From a virus (lineage: Duplodnaviria; Caudoviricetes), in the IMG/VR virus record IMGVR_UViG_3300028914_000064, positions 62,092-126,091 of that record: DNA of 64,000 nt. The stretch is one strand, 5' to 3'. The stretch's first letter is position 1, and each line of letters begins with the position of its first letter. A program made the position numbers and the translations under genes. Of this stretch, positions 42,587 through 52,729 are shown piece by piece. The notes under the pieces were generated by a model. That model saw only the letters and a program-made list of their open reading frames with translations, searched no databases and had not been told where the DNA came from.

Positions 42587-42925
42587 AAAATGGCTAGTTT
42601 TGGACGCAAAAAAAAATGGCTTATTTTAGGCGTTTTTGAGGGGGGTATTAAAAACAACTAAGATCCAGGCTATTTCTAGTTTTAGAAATGCTGATAAATC
42701 TACACACATTATCGATAATCTGTTCGATAATAATCAGATGATGACAAATAAGTGAGATTAATCTAGATTTAATTGTCTATAAAATAATAGATAAATAATA
42801 CATAATACAGTCAATAACAAAGAATTAATACGAAAGCGATTAATAAAATTAAATTTTTATATTATAATATATTCTATACTCTTATTCTTATTAATAAGAA
42901 TAATTATATTATTTGACTCCAAATA

Positions 42926-43744
42926 ATGGGTTGTTATTCCCCAATTATGAAAGGCGACTCAATGATGCCTATACCAAATGAAATAATTAAAAATCCAAAT
43001 CTTAGTGATGATGCAATTTTAGCGTATGTTTTTATTAAGATACATACTTATAGTACGTTTTATGAAAGCTGCCTATTTACAACTCCTCATATAGTAGATC
43101 AGATACAGGGGTATACGAACTCTCATAGTGTATTTTGTAAAACAACGAGAGCTATTGAAGAACTTGCTGAGAATAAAGTGCTTGAGATAGCCAGAGAAGA
43201 TACAACAAATTGGAGGATATTTATGCAATCCTTTAAACCGATAAAAGGCAAATATGTGTTAGTACAGCCGGAAGCATTAAGGAGCATAATGGATTGCAGG
43301 GCAAGAGGAAAAGCAACGATATTGAGATACTATCTACTTCTTCTTGCAAATATTTCCCCATCAAGGAAAGTATGTATAAAGGAAGAAGGATGGTTTGCGA
43401 AACAGTTGAACATATCATCAAAGAGTATCGCAACATACAACGAATATTTAGAAAATCTTAAATTGATTTATATTTATAGGCCGGCAGAAATGTATTTGAG
43501 TAATGTTTATGGAAGATATGAGCATAAAAAATACGTAGACCAGGAAGGGGCGAAGATTTGTTCTCGTAAAAGAAGATTTGAAAAGGCTAATGAAAAACGG
43601 AAATATGCTGCAATGTATAGATGTGCTATTAGCGGATATCCATATAATAGAGATATACTGATAGACATAGTAGATCATTTAGATGATAGATATGACTCAT
43701 CTTTTTTGATTGATAAAATTAAAGAAATGGAGGATATTGGTTAA
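42926..43744 (+). CDS. Winged-helix DNA-binding / replication-initiator-like protein
   Basis: IPNEIIKNPNLSDDAILAY N-terminus; FAKQLNISSKSIATYNEYLENLKLIYI wHTH; follows an AT-rich intergenic region. Confidence 0.55.
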   Translation: MGCYSPIMKGDSMMPIPNEIIKNPNLSDDAILAYVFIKIHTYSTFYESCLFTTPHIVDQIQGYTNSHSVFCKTTRAIEELAENKVLEIAREDTTNWRIFMQSFKPIKGKYVLVQPEALRSIMDCRARGKATILRYYLLLLANISPSRKVCIKEEGWFAKQLNISSKSIATYNEYLENLKLIYIYRPAEMYLSNVYGRYEHKKYVDQEGAKICSRKRRFEKANEKRKYAAMYRCAISGYPYNRDILIDIVDHLDDRYDSSFLIDKIKEMEDIG

Positions 43745-44032
43745 ATGAGTGGAACAAGTAATCTTAATCCTAAGGAAGCTTTTCAGGAGCTATTGCTCCA
43801 AGAACAATTGGTAAATAATGCTGTAGATATTCAAGCCCTTTTGAGAATGCTAATTGATAAAAAATTGATTACAAGGGAAGATGTTTCCAAGTATCGTAAT
43901 GAAGTTAGATCTAGTCCTAAATATGCAAATGCAATCAATACCATTGAATCTCAGAAAAAAATATATGAAAAAGCAATAGACAATCCCCAAGAATATCTTA
44001 AGGCATTATTTAAAGCAAAACTTGATAGATAA
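43745..44032 (+). CDS. Hypothetical protein
   Basis: 95-aa ORF with GGAGG RBS. Confidence 0.7.
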   Translation: MSGTSNLNPKEAFQELLLQEQLVNNAVDIQALLRMLIDKKLITREDVSKYRNEVRSSPKYANAINTIESQKKIYEKAIDNPQEYLKALFKAKLDR

Positions 44033-44043
44033 AGGAGAGAAAT

Positions 44044-46656
44044 ATGTCACAGTATGGTCTTCGTATCATGAATTTTGAAGCTGCTTCTATTTATGAATAC
44101 ATGAATGGTTTTCGTGATAGACTTGATTCTACGAAAGCAATGTTGGTCAATAGCCTTTTTTTAGATTTTTTATTAGATAATGATTTGCTAATAATCTCCC
44201 AAGGAGATTTTACAAGAAGCATAATTTGTCTTCAATTTGGATATGGTACAAAAGACTATGAGACAATGAAAAAGAGATTGATTGGTAAAGAAGAGGAACA
44301 TTTTAAAACTATCCTTTCAAATATTGAAAAGAATAAAGATAAATGCGTTAAAATTTCAAAAGAAGATCTAAGAGTTAAATATTATACTGAAGGCGTAACA
44401 ATTACTTATAAGACTTTTACTAAAAATGGCAAAGAACTTAAGAACAGAAGAAATACCATCCATTATAAGATGCTATATAGGACTCCCGGTAAAGCAAAAA
44501 AAGGAACCTGTATGTTTATAGATTCTAGGATATATGATAAAGTTCATAATTTTCTTTATATGGGAATTAAATTGCCTATTGAAAGAGCTCCAATTGTTGA
44601 AATGGGAGCTTACTCTTCGCTCATAACAAGTTCTATTATTGGACGAGTAAAAATTCTTCCGGAAGAAATTTTAATTTTAAAAGATATTGACTCTATTTTT
44701 AAAACAAAAGTTTTATCTGTGGAAACTGATGAAAACAAAAAAACATTTATCAAGGAGAAAGAGAATTATGAAGTAATTAATACTCTCTTCGATGGACAAG
44801 CTCTTATTGATGAATCCATCTTTCCGGAGTGGGCAGATGGGTATGTCTTATTGCGTCATCATATGACTAAAGTTGCGGCATTTAAAACAAGACTTCAAAA
44901 ATTTTTTAAGGATTATTATGGTACAGATTATGAAAATGCAAAAGTCAAAGATATGTTTGGTAGGATTGTTAAAATTAAAGATGTGAAATTAGTCACAACT
45001 GATAATGCCATCAAATGGAAAAAATTTGGAGTTGGATTTGATTATTGGGCTTCATGGGTTAGACGTAATGGATGTCAATTTGGGATAGTTAAGACATCAC
45101 ATGAATCTAAGCTTGGAGATGTGCAGCGTATGAGTTATCAGATGATGAATTCGCTCGATATTGAATCTATGCCAAGTGTTTGTAGTAAAACTGTAGAATA
45201 TATAAACAATCTTAAAAACAATGACGAGATTTTTTTAGATTTCTTGGAAAAAAATAAAAATTTTGCAAATGATTTTGAAGTTTTGATTGCGCTTTATAGG
45301 CACAATTCAGATTTTTCAAAAAGCGCATATTTTAGAGAACGTAGGCAAGCCATAATAAATTCATATGTTTTAAATTTCAAAAATGGACATAGTATACAAA
45401 ATGCAGATAACTTAACGATTGTAGGCTCTCCTTATGCTCTTCTGCTCCATTCAGTAAATGAGGATCCATTTAGCGATCCTACTCTTCGTCCAGAAGAAGG
45501 AACAATACAATGTTATACTGAACGTTTTGAGGATGGAGAATATCTTGCTGCATTTAGGTCTCCTCATAATTCTAGAAATAATATTGTTTATCTTCATAAT
45601 AAGAAACATGAATTGTTGAAGAAATATTTTGATTTGGGGAATTATTGTATAGCTGTGAATATGATCGAAACAGATTTCCAATCAAGGGCAAATGGAGCGG
45701 ATCAGGATTCAGATACTATATATACAACAAACCAAAAAGAAATAGTAGAACATGCAAAAAGATGTTATATAGATTATCCGACTATTGTAAATAACATTCC
45801 GAAAGATGCAAATATCTATAATTATGATATGAGAGATTTTGCATTGGTTGATAATAGTCTTGCGGCTTCTCAGCTTGCGATTGGAGAATCTTCTAACTTG
45901 GCTCAGATTGCTTTAACATACACTTATAATTTTGAAGATAGAAAATATTCCGATTATGTTTGCATTTTAGCTGTATTAGCGCAGGTTGCTGTAGATAGTT
46001 CAAAAAGGCGTTTCGATATTTCTTTGTCCGAAGAAATATCCAGGATAAAAAAAGATATGGATATTACGGAAAACGGACTCCCCTTTTTTTGGCTTATAAC
46101 TAAAAGAGATAAACGAAAAGTGCATTCTGATGAACAAAGAAAAGAACGTGATCGAATAAATAAAATAAAAATCAAGAAGAAAATCGAACCATCATTAGAT
46201 TGTCCAATGAATTATCTTTACCGATTAAGACTCGATCGGACAAAGTATGATTCTCCTTCTTTACCGATGGATAATTTTTGGATAAGACATGATATTGAAA
46301 ATGGTCGCCGTAAATCAAGACTTGTAGAGAATCTTATTGAAAAATATTCTCTTAGACTTTATAACTACAACGCCGCAGATGAAAAGGATTCTTCTGATTA
46401 TCTTTTGCTTAGAGAAGATTTTGATGAGCTCATTTCAGATATACAGAGAATCTATATTTCAAAAAATTACCTTGGAATGATGAGTTGGCTTATCAATAGA
46501 GCTTTTATGATTGGGAGTGGGGTTCAACAGAATAAGAATAGTCTTAGCTCAAAATTATATAAGAATAGAGCTTTGTTACTTAAAGTACTATATATTGTAT
46601 CTCCAGAAGTTTTTTTACAATGTTTTGTAGAAAAGTGTACACCTAAACAAGAATAG
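44044..46656 (+). CDS. yonO: YonO-like single-subunit DNA-dependent RNA polymerase
   Basis: 870 aa; YKMLYRTPGKAKKG, LFDGQALID, LLRHHMTK, QRMSYQM, AFRSPHN and catalytic GADQDSD (DxDxD); sits upstream of the structural genes. Confidence 0.9.
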   Translation: MSQYGLRIMNFEAASIYEYMNGFRDRLDSTKAMLVNSLFLDFLLDNDLLIISQGDFTRSIICLQFGYGTKDYETMKKRLIGKEEEHFKTILSNIEKNKDKCVKISKEDLRVKYYTEGVTITYKTFTKNGKELKNRRNTIHYKMLYRTPGKAKKGTCMFIDSRIYDKVHNFLYMGIKLPIERAPIVEMGAYSSLITSSIIGRVKILPEEILILKDIDSIFKTKVLSVETDENKKTFIKEKENYEVINTLFDGQALIDESIFPEWADGYVLLRHHMTKVAAFKTRLQKFFKDYYGTDYENAKVKDMFGRIVKIKDVKLVTTDNAIKWKKFGVGFDYWASWVRRNGCQFGIVKTSHESKLGDVQRMSYQMMNSLDIESMPSVCSKTVEYINNLKNNDEIFLDFLEKNKNFANDFEVLIALYRHNSDFSKSAYFRERRQAIINSYVLNFKNGHSIQNADNLTIVGSPYALLLHSVNEDPFSDPTLRPEEGTIQCYTERFEDGEYLAAFRSPHNSRNNIVYLHNKKHELLKKYFDLGNYCIAVNMIETDFQSRANGADQDSDTIYTTNQKEIVEHAKRCYIDYPTIVNNIPKDANIYNYDMRDFALVDNSLAASQLAIGESSNLAQIALTYTYNFEDRKYSDYVCILAVLAQVAVDSSKRRFDISLSEEISRIKKDMDITENGLPFFWLITKRDKRKVHSDEQRKERDRINKIKIKKKIEPSLDCPMNYLYRLRLDRTKYDSPSLPMDNFWIRHDIENGRRKSRLVENLIEKYSLRLYNYNAADEKDSSDYLLLREDFDELISDIQRIYISKNYLGMMSWLINRAFMIGSGVQQNKNSLSSKLYKNRALLLKVLYIVSPEVFLQCFVEKCTPKQE

Positions 46657-46758
46657 TCTATTGAAAAGTGCATAAATACTGAATTATTTTATTAATAAAA
46701 AAAAAACTAATGAAGAGAAGAAGGGAATTATTACCCTATAGAAGAAAAGGAGACCTAT

Positions 46759-47385
46759 ATGAAAAATTTAATTGATGTTGCAATGCCTATACTTGATTAT
46801 GATAACACTTCTCCATTTGATGCTTTTGTAAAAGAAGACTTGCAAAATAGGATTCTTGTTCTTAATCAGTCTATTACAGAAGAGATTATTGATGAACATG
46901 TTATGTGCATTCTTAGATGGAATGCTCAAGATAAAGATATTCCAATGGAGAAACGTAAACCTATTGTTTTATATATTAATTCAAAAGGTGGGAATTCATT
47001 TGATGGTCAAGCATTGATAGATGTTATCTTGGCTTCAAAAACAAAGGTTAAGACGGTATGTCTTGGAATGGCAGCATCAATGGCATATTTAATATTTTTA
47101 GCTGGACATGAAAGGTATTCTTTTCCTAATGCTTGCCTTCTAATGCATGAGGGAGCTCAGGAGATTTCTAATTCTGCTTCTAAAACGAGAGATATAATGG
47201 AGTTTTTTGATGAAGTAGATGAAAGAATCAAGCAGTTTATTCTTAGCAGAACAAAAATAGATTCTGATTTTTATGATGGAGTATATAAAAAAGAGCTATG
47301 GATGTATGCGGATTCTCAAGGGAAAGAGTTTGGAATTGTTCATAAGATAATTGGACAGGACTGTGATTTGGATGAGTTATTTTAA
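46759..47385 (+). CDS. clpP: ClpP-like serine protease
   Basis: LYINSKGG, GMAASMA (catalytic Ser), LLMHEG (His), FGIVHKII. Confidence 0.85.
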   Translation: MKNLIDVAMPILDYDNTSPFDAFVKEDLQNRILVLNQSITEEIIDEHVMCILRWNAQDKDIPMEKRKPIVLYINSKGGNSFDGQALIDVILASKTKVKTVCLGMAASMAYLIFLAGHERYSFPNACLLMHEGAQEISNSASKTRDIMEFFDEVDERIKQFILSRTKIDSDFYDGVYKKELWMYADSQGKEFGIVHKIIGQDCDLDELF

Positions 47386-47416
47386 CCATTTTTTTGTTCT
47401 GAGAAAAGGAGGAAAA

Positions 47417-48109
47417 ATGGATTGGATTGAGTTATTTAAAGTAATCGCAACTATATTAGTTTCTGTAATAACAACATTTGGTGCAGGATGGATTACGCTT
47501 AAAAAATTTTATCTTGAAAGGCAGGATAAAAAAGATGATGTTCTATTACAGAAGAAAATTGATGATTCAATCGAGAAGGCCAAGAAAGAGATGCGTGAAG
47601 AAATGAAAATGTCTGTTCATCAAGGAATTATTGATTGTGGAGTTATTAGAGATAAAGCAATTTGTCAGATACGTGATGAATTTATGAAAAAACTTGAAGA
47701 AGGTTTGAAAGCGACCGGCGACGAAGGAAAAGAAATGTTTGAAATAAACTCTCGTCAGATACAAGAAAATAGTCGGCAGCTTTCGGAAAATAGTAAACAG
47801 ATTGAAGCTCTTGTTAGTATTGTCAAAGTTCAGGCTGAACGAAATGATGCAAAGTTTGCTGCTCTTACTGATACTTTGGCATCTTTAAATAAGATGGCTC
47901 TTATTTCTGCGGAATCTCAATGTAACTCAAATTATGACAGGTTATTATTTGTTACAAATAAAGTTCTTAAGAGTGGACGATTAACAATATCTGATAAAAC
48001 CAATCTTAAGCAATTGTATACTTCATGGAAGGATCTTGGTGGGAAAGATGCAAAAATGGATACATTATATGAAGAATGCATAAAAATAACACCAATACCA
48101 GATGAATAA
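47417..48109 (+). CDS. Membrane-anchored coiled-coil protein with holin-associated-type C-terminus
   Basis: N-terminal TM helix; YDRL...G.LT..DK.NL..LY..W..LGG pattern; AGGAGG RBS. Confidence 0.55.
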   Translation: MDWIELFKVIATILVSVITTFGAGWITLKKFYLERQDKKDDVLLQKKIDDSIEKAKKEMREEMKMSVHQGIIDCGVIRDKAICQIRDEFMKKLEEGLKATGDEGKEMFEINSRQIQENSRQLSENSKQIEALVSIVKVQAERNDAKFAALTDTLASLNKMALISAESQCNSNYDRLLFVTNKVLKSGRLTISDKTNLKQLYTSWKDLGGKDAKMDTLYEECIKITPIPDE

Positions 48110-48123
48110 AAGGAGTTGATTGA

Positions 48124-49182
48124 ATGGCTACACTTATGCATCCTAAAAATGAACGAGAAATAAAAAAAATGGGTGTAAAAGAAATTCGGCAAGCTTTTGT
48201 AAAGCTTAATGATTATTATGGGAAACTTCTTAATGGATATTATCTCTTATGCCCTACTTGCAATTCTTGGATGATTGCAACGGAAGCTTTTTATCTTGAT
48301 CGAAGGTATGCTACTGATCGTTTTCCTATTTGTAAACGATGTCTTTTAAAAATGGCACAGCAACAAGAGAAAGACACAGATGTACCAAATGAAACAAAAG
48401 AAAGTGTTCAGAAAGTTCTTCGTTATATGGATAGGATTTATGACGATGAATATTATAATGGTTGTGTTAAGGCGGTTAAAGAAAACATTGGTGAAAAGAA
48501 TAAGTATTCTGCTTTTGCTAATTACATGACTGCTATTCAATCATTACCTCAGTATCATAATAAATTTTGGAAAGATAGCAAGTTTGGTGACGAAATTCCT
48601 GGGCAGAATGAAGAAGAAATAAATGAAAACTCACAGCTTGTCAGAAGAGCAAGAAAAAGATTCGGAAGAGATTATTCTACTTCGGATCTTTATTTTTTAG
48701 AAACAGAATATGAAGATTGGACTTCACGGCATGAATGTCAGACAAAAGCACAGGAAGAGATTTTTGAAAGGTTAGCGTGGAAAAAGCTTGAGATCAAAAA
48801 AGCGACAGCTCAAGGACAGGTGACTAAAGATCTTGACAGAACATATCAAGAACTTTTAAATACTGCGAATATCACTCCTAAACAAACTGGTATGGATGCT
48901 TTTGCTGATGCTCAGACTTTAGGAACTCTTATTCAAAAATGGGAAGAAACTCGTCCTCTTCCAGAGATTGATCCAGAACTTGAAGATGTAGATAAGATTG
49001 GATTATATATTGATGCCTTTTTCAAAGGCCATACTTCTAAGATGTTGGGTATTAAAAATACGTTTTCAAATATTTATGAAAAAGTCATGGCAAAATATAC
49101 TGTCAAGCCACCGACGTATGAAGATGACGAAGACTCAGAAGATATATTTAATAAAATATTTGGTAATGCTGAGGACTTTTAA
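48124..49182 (+). CDS. Terminase small subunit-like (YonG-like)
   Basis: CPTC...ICKRC zinc motif, TLGTLIQKWEETRPLPE; directly upstream of the large terminase. Confidence 0.6.
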   Translation: MATLMHPKNEREIKKMGVKEIRQAFVKLNDYYGKLLNGYYLLCPTCNSWMIATEAFYLDRRYATDRFPICKRCLLKMAQQQEKDTDVPNETKESVQKVLRYMDRIYDDEYYNGCVKAVKENIGEKNKYSAFANYMTAIQSLPQYHNKFWKDSKFGDEIPGQNEEEINENSQLVRRARKRFGRDYSTSDLYFLETEYEDWTSRHECQTKAQEEIFERLAWKKLEIKKATAQGQVTKDLDRTYQELLNTANITPKQTGMDAFADAQTLGTLIQKWEETRPLPEIDPELEDVDKIGLYIDAFFKGHTSKMLGIKNTFSNIYEKVMAKYTVKPPTYEDDEDSEDIFNKIFGNAEDF

Positions 49183-50966
49183 TGGCAGAAAAAAAGAAAA
49201 CGGTTCAAGAGGTTTATCAGGAAAAATCTGAGAAGCTGATGAACGGTGTGGCATATTGGGCCGCTTTTTATCGAAAAAATCCGCAGCGATTAGTCAAAGA
49301 TTATCTAAATATTTCTTTGAAATTGTTTCAGAAGCTATTGATCTATATGATGATTGTTAGCACACATTTTTGTTATATAGCTGCAAGAGGTCAGGGAAAG
49401 ACTTGGCTCGTAGCTTTATACTGTGTAGTGCGTTGTATTCTGTTTCCTGGTTCTAAAATCATTATTGCTAGTTTTAGAAAAGAACAATCATTGGAAGTAT
49501 TACAGAAAATAGAAGAAGATTTTTTAAAGCTTCACTCATGGGGATCTTCAAATCTAGCTACTGAGATTTCTTATATCTCAACAAGTGTTAATAAACCTAT
49601 TGTTGAATTTAAAAATGGTAGTTGGATAAAGACTGCTGTTGCATCTGATTCTGCTAGACATAATAGAGCTAATGTTTTAGTAGTGGATGAATTTAGAATT
49701 GTGCCAAAAATTATTATTGATACAATTCTTAAAAAATTTCTTACTGCTCCGAGGCAACCAGGTTTTTTATCTCTTCCGGAATATAAAAATATATCTGAAT
49801 ACGAAGAACGTAACTGTGAAATGTATATGACTTCAGCATATTACAAAGAGCATTGGTGTTTTAGAAAAGCTCAGTCTTTCTTTGTAAATATGCTAGATGA
49901 CACTAAGAAGTATTTTTGTGTGGGTCTTCCATATCAGATTTCAATCAAAGAAGGACTACTCTCTCGTGCTCAGGTACAAGATGAAATGTCGGAAGAAGAT
50001 TTTGATCCTATCACATGGTCGATGGAAATGGAATGTTTGTTTCAAGGAGAAGCTGAAGGGGCATTTTTTAAATATGATGATCTTTCTCCGAGAAGAAAAA
50101 TCAAGAAAGCATTTTATCCATTAAAGATTTACAAAGCTCATAATATGTCTATTCCTGAACTTGAATTAGGAGAAGAAAGAGTTATGAGTGTCGATGTAGC
50201 TCTTATGTCGAGTAAAAAAAAGAACAATGATGCTGCTGCTCTCACGATTGGAAGAGCATTCCCAACAGACGGATATGAGTATACTGATAATATCATTTAT
50301 CAAGAGACTCATGAAGGACTTACAACAGATGATCTTGGACTTATTACAATGCGTATGTTTTATCAATATCATTGTACTCAGTTAGTTTTAGATACTAATG
50401 GTGCGGGACTTGGAGTATATGATTATATAATAAGAGACCAATATGATCCGGATTATGGTGTTACTTATCCAGCACTGACTTGTTGTAATAATGATGAAAT
50501 GGCAGAACGTTGTAAGGTTAAAGGGGCTCATGCAGTTGTATGGTCAATAAAAGCTAATGCGGATTTTAATAGTCAGTCTGCTACTGCTCTTAGAACAGGA
50601 CTACAAACTGGAAGAGTCACTTTATTAGTAAATGAATTTGAAGCAGAAGAAACAATAAAGCAGGTTCGAGGGTATAAAAATATGACTCCTACTGAACAAG
50701 CATTGTTGAAAATTCCTTATGTTCAGACTTCATTTATGGTAAATGAGCTTGTCAATCTTGAATATACGATATTGAATAATACTGTAAAACTTAAAGAGAA
50801 ATCCGGAATGCGAAAAGATAGATATTCAAGTTTACAGATGCAATATTATGTTGTTCAACAGCTTGGGCTAAAATTAAGACCAAATGTTGAATCTACAGAA
50901 ACAATGATCTTTAAATTGTTATCACATGTTAGGCCATCACAAAGGCTTAGGAAAGGAGGCCGCTAG
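49182..50966 (+). CDS. Terminase large subunit
   Basis: AARGQGKT Walker A, LVVDEFR Walker B, SVDVA, VLDTNGAG and RKDRYSS nuclease motifs. Confidence 0.93.
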   Translation: MAEKKKTVQEVYQEKSEKLMNGVAYWAAFYRKNPQRLVKDYLNISLKLFQKLLIYMMIVSTHFCYIAARGQGKTWLVALYCVVRCILFPGSKIIIASFRKEQSLEVLQKIEEDFLKLHSWGSSNLATEISYISTSVNKPIVEFKNGSWIKTAVASDSARHNRANVLVVDEFRIVPKIIIDTILKKFLTAPRQPGFLSLPEYKNISEYEERNCEMYMTSAYYKEHWCFRKAQSFFVNMLDDTKKYFCVGLPYQISIKEGLLSRAQVQDEMSEEDFDPITWSMEMECLFQGEAEGAFFKYDDLSPRRKIKKAFYPLKIYKAHNMSIPELELGEERVMSVDVALMSSKKKNNDAAALTIGRAFPTDGYEYTDNIIYQETHEGLTTDDLGLITMRMFYQYHCTQLVLDTNGAGLGVYDYIIRDQYDPDYGVTYPALTCCNNDEMAERCKVKGAHAVVWSIKANADFNSQSATALRTGLQTGRVTLLVNEFEAEETIKQVRGYKNMTPTEQALLKIPYVQTSFMVNELVNLEYTILNNTVKLKEKSGMRKDRYSSLQMQYYVVQQLGLKLRPNVESTETMIFKLLSHVRPSQRLRKGGR

Positions 50967-52543
50967 TGGCGAGAGCAAAATTACCAGAAATTACTACGGT
51001 TTCCGGATCAGTCGGTAAGCCGAATTTAAGTGTTGCTGAAATAAAAGCTCAATATGAGATAGAAAAAGAACGTCAGCAAAAAAATTATAAAAACGCAAAA
51101 GAAGCTGCCTCTATTATTCTTCGAGATTTACAAAAAAGAACGCAGAATCGAAAAATAGATGTGACAGATCGAGAAAAAGTTCGAAAGTATCTTACTGGTG
51201 ATATTGGTAGTAATGGTAAAGGGTTGGTAAAAGCTAGTAGATATTTATATTATAGGTCTCAGATATATAGTAAGCTTATTCATTTTTATGCTGATATGTA
51301 TTGTTTAGAATGTAGAAAAGTTACTCCTTTATATGATTTTACAAAAGGGATGGATTCGGCAAAAGCACTTGAACAATTTAATAATACTTTAGATTTTTTA
51401 GATATTATGAATCTAAAAAATAATTTTAATGAGGTATTTTTGAATCTTTGGATTGAGGATGCCTCTTTTAATTTGTTCTTTCATGATGATACTGGTTCGA
51501 TATTTTATCGGATTGAACCGGAAGAATGTATTTTCGATTCAAAATACATGATGGGACCTGGACTTGGGTTTGCAATGGATATGAGTAAATGGAAGTCTGC
51601 TGAGAGGAAACGTATTATTGATCAATTTGGTTCGCCACTAAAAGAAATGTGGGAAGAATATGAGCGTACTGGAATAAAATACATTCATGTTCCAGATGAA
51701 TATAGTGCAGCTTTTAAACTTCGTTTAGATTTATGGGACAGTATTATTCCTCCTATTATTGCAATGTTTGGACAACTTGCAAATTTAAATGATCTTGCAG
51801 ATATTCAAGCTGATGCAGATGAACTAAGTATTTTTAAACTCATATACTATCCTCTTAAAATTTTAAGTGGAGGAAAAACTGATGATTTTGAAGTAACTCC
51901 AGATCTTGCTTTGCAATATTTTAATAAAATGGTTGAAGAAGCACTTCCTGCTAATATAAGTGCTGCTGCAATACCGGGAGATGAACTTAAAGTTATTGAT
52001 TTTTCAAACAATACAACACAAGAGATTGATCGAGTTGAACAATCTCAATCTCAAATTCTAGGTAGTACGGGTGGAGCTGGTGCTTTACTTGATGCTCAAA
52101 GAGCTATCAATAATACTGCTTTAATCAATGCTGCTTTAAAGAATGAAACAACTTATGCTCTATCTTGTATTCTTCCTCAGATTGAAAGTTTTACAAATAG
52201 GATGCTTTCATTTAACGTGAGCAATCCATGTCATGTCTCTTATTTTCCCGTAAGTATATATACCAAAGAAGATTATCGGAAAAACATGCTTGAAATGTGC
52301 CAATATTCATATGCTATGCGGTTAGCACTTGGAACATTTATGGGCTTTACTGAACGAGAGACTATTTCAGCTTTGCATTTTGAACAAGATGTTCTTGGTC
52401 TTCAGGACATTATGAAATATCCTCTTCAGTCAAGTTACACAATGACTGGAGAAGAAGGAAATGGCGAAGTAGGCCAAGGAGCTCCAACTAAAGATCCTGA
52501 TCAACTTTCTCCAAGTGGAGATCGAAGTAGAAATTACATTTGA
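50966..52543 (+). CDS. Portal protein
   Basis: 525 aa directly after terminase; C-terminal PLQSSYT...GAP tail typical of SPbeta-like portals. Confidence 0.82.
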   Translation: MARAKLPEITTVSGSVGKPNLSVAEIKAQYEIEKERQQKNYKNAKEAASIILRDLQKRTQNRKIDVTDREKVRKYLTGDIGSNGKGLVKASRYLYYRSQIYSKLIHFYADMYCLECRKVTPLYDFTKGMDSAKALEQFNNTLDFLDIMNLKNNFNEVFLNLWIEDASFNLFFHDDTGSIFYRIEPEECIFDSKYMMGPGLGFAMDMSKWKSAERKRIIDQFGSPLKEMWEEYERTGIKYIHVPDEYSAAFKLRLDLWDSIIPPIIAMFGQLANLNDLADIQADADELSIFKLIYYPLKILSGGKTDDFEVTPDLALQYFNKMVEEALPANISAAAIPGDELKVIDFSNNTTQEIDRVEQSQSQILGSTGGAGALLDAQRAINNTALINAALKNETTYALSCILPQIESFTNRMLSFNVSNPCHVSYFPVSIYTKEDYRKNMLEMCQYSYAMRLALGTFMGFTERETISALHFEQDVLGLQDIMKYPLQSSYTMTGEEGNGEVGQGAPTKDPDQLSPSGDRSRNYI

Positions 52544-52552
52544 GGGAAAAAC

Positions 52553-52726
52553 ATGGAAAAATTTATAAAAACTCAGGATGCAGAACTTGCCAATACTTTG
52601 AGAACTTTAGGATACAAAGAGCTTAGAGCACAAGGCAAGTTTTTTGTATTTATCAATAATGGCAAAGTATATTTTTCTACTGAAGAAAAAAAGAAGCTTA
52701 TATACACAAATAAGATGGAGGTCTAG
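52553..52726 (+). CDS. 57-aa hypothetical protein (not in ORF track)
   Basis: MEKFIKTQDAELANTLRTLGYKEL...FVFINN; GAGGG RBS. Confidence 0.7.
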   Translation: MEKFIKTQDAELANTLRTLGYKELRAQGKFFVFINNGKVYFSTEEKKKLIYTNKMEV

Positions 52727-52729
52727 GAC

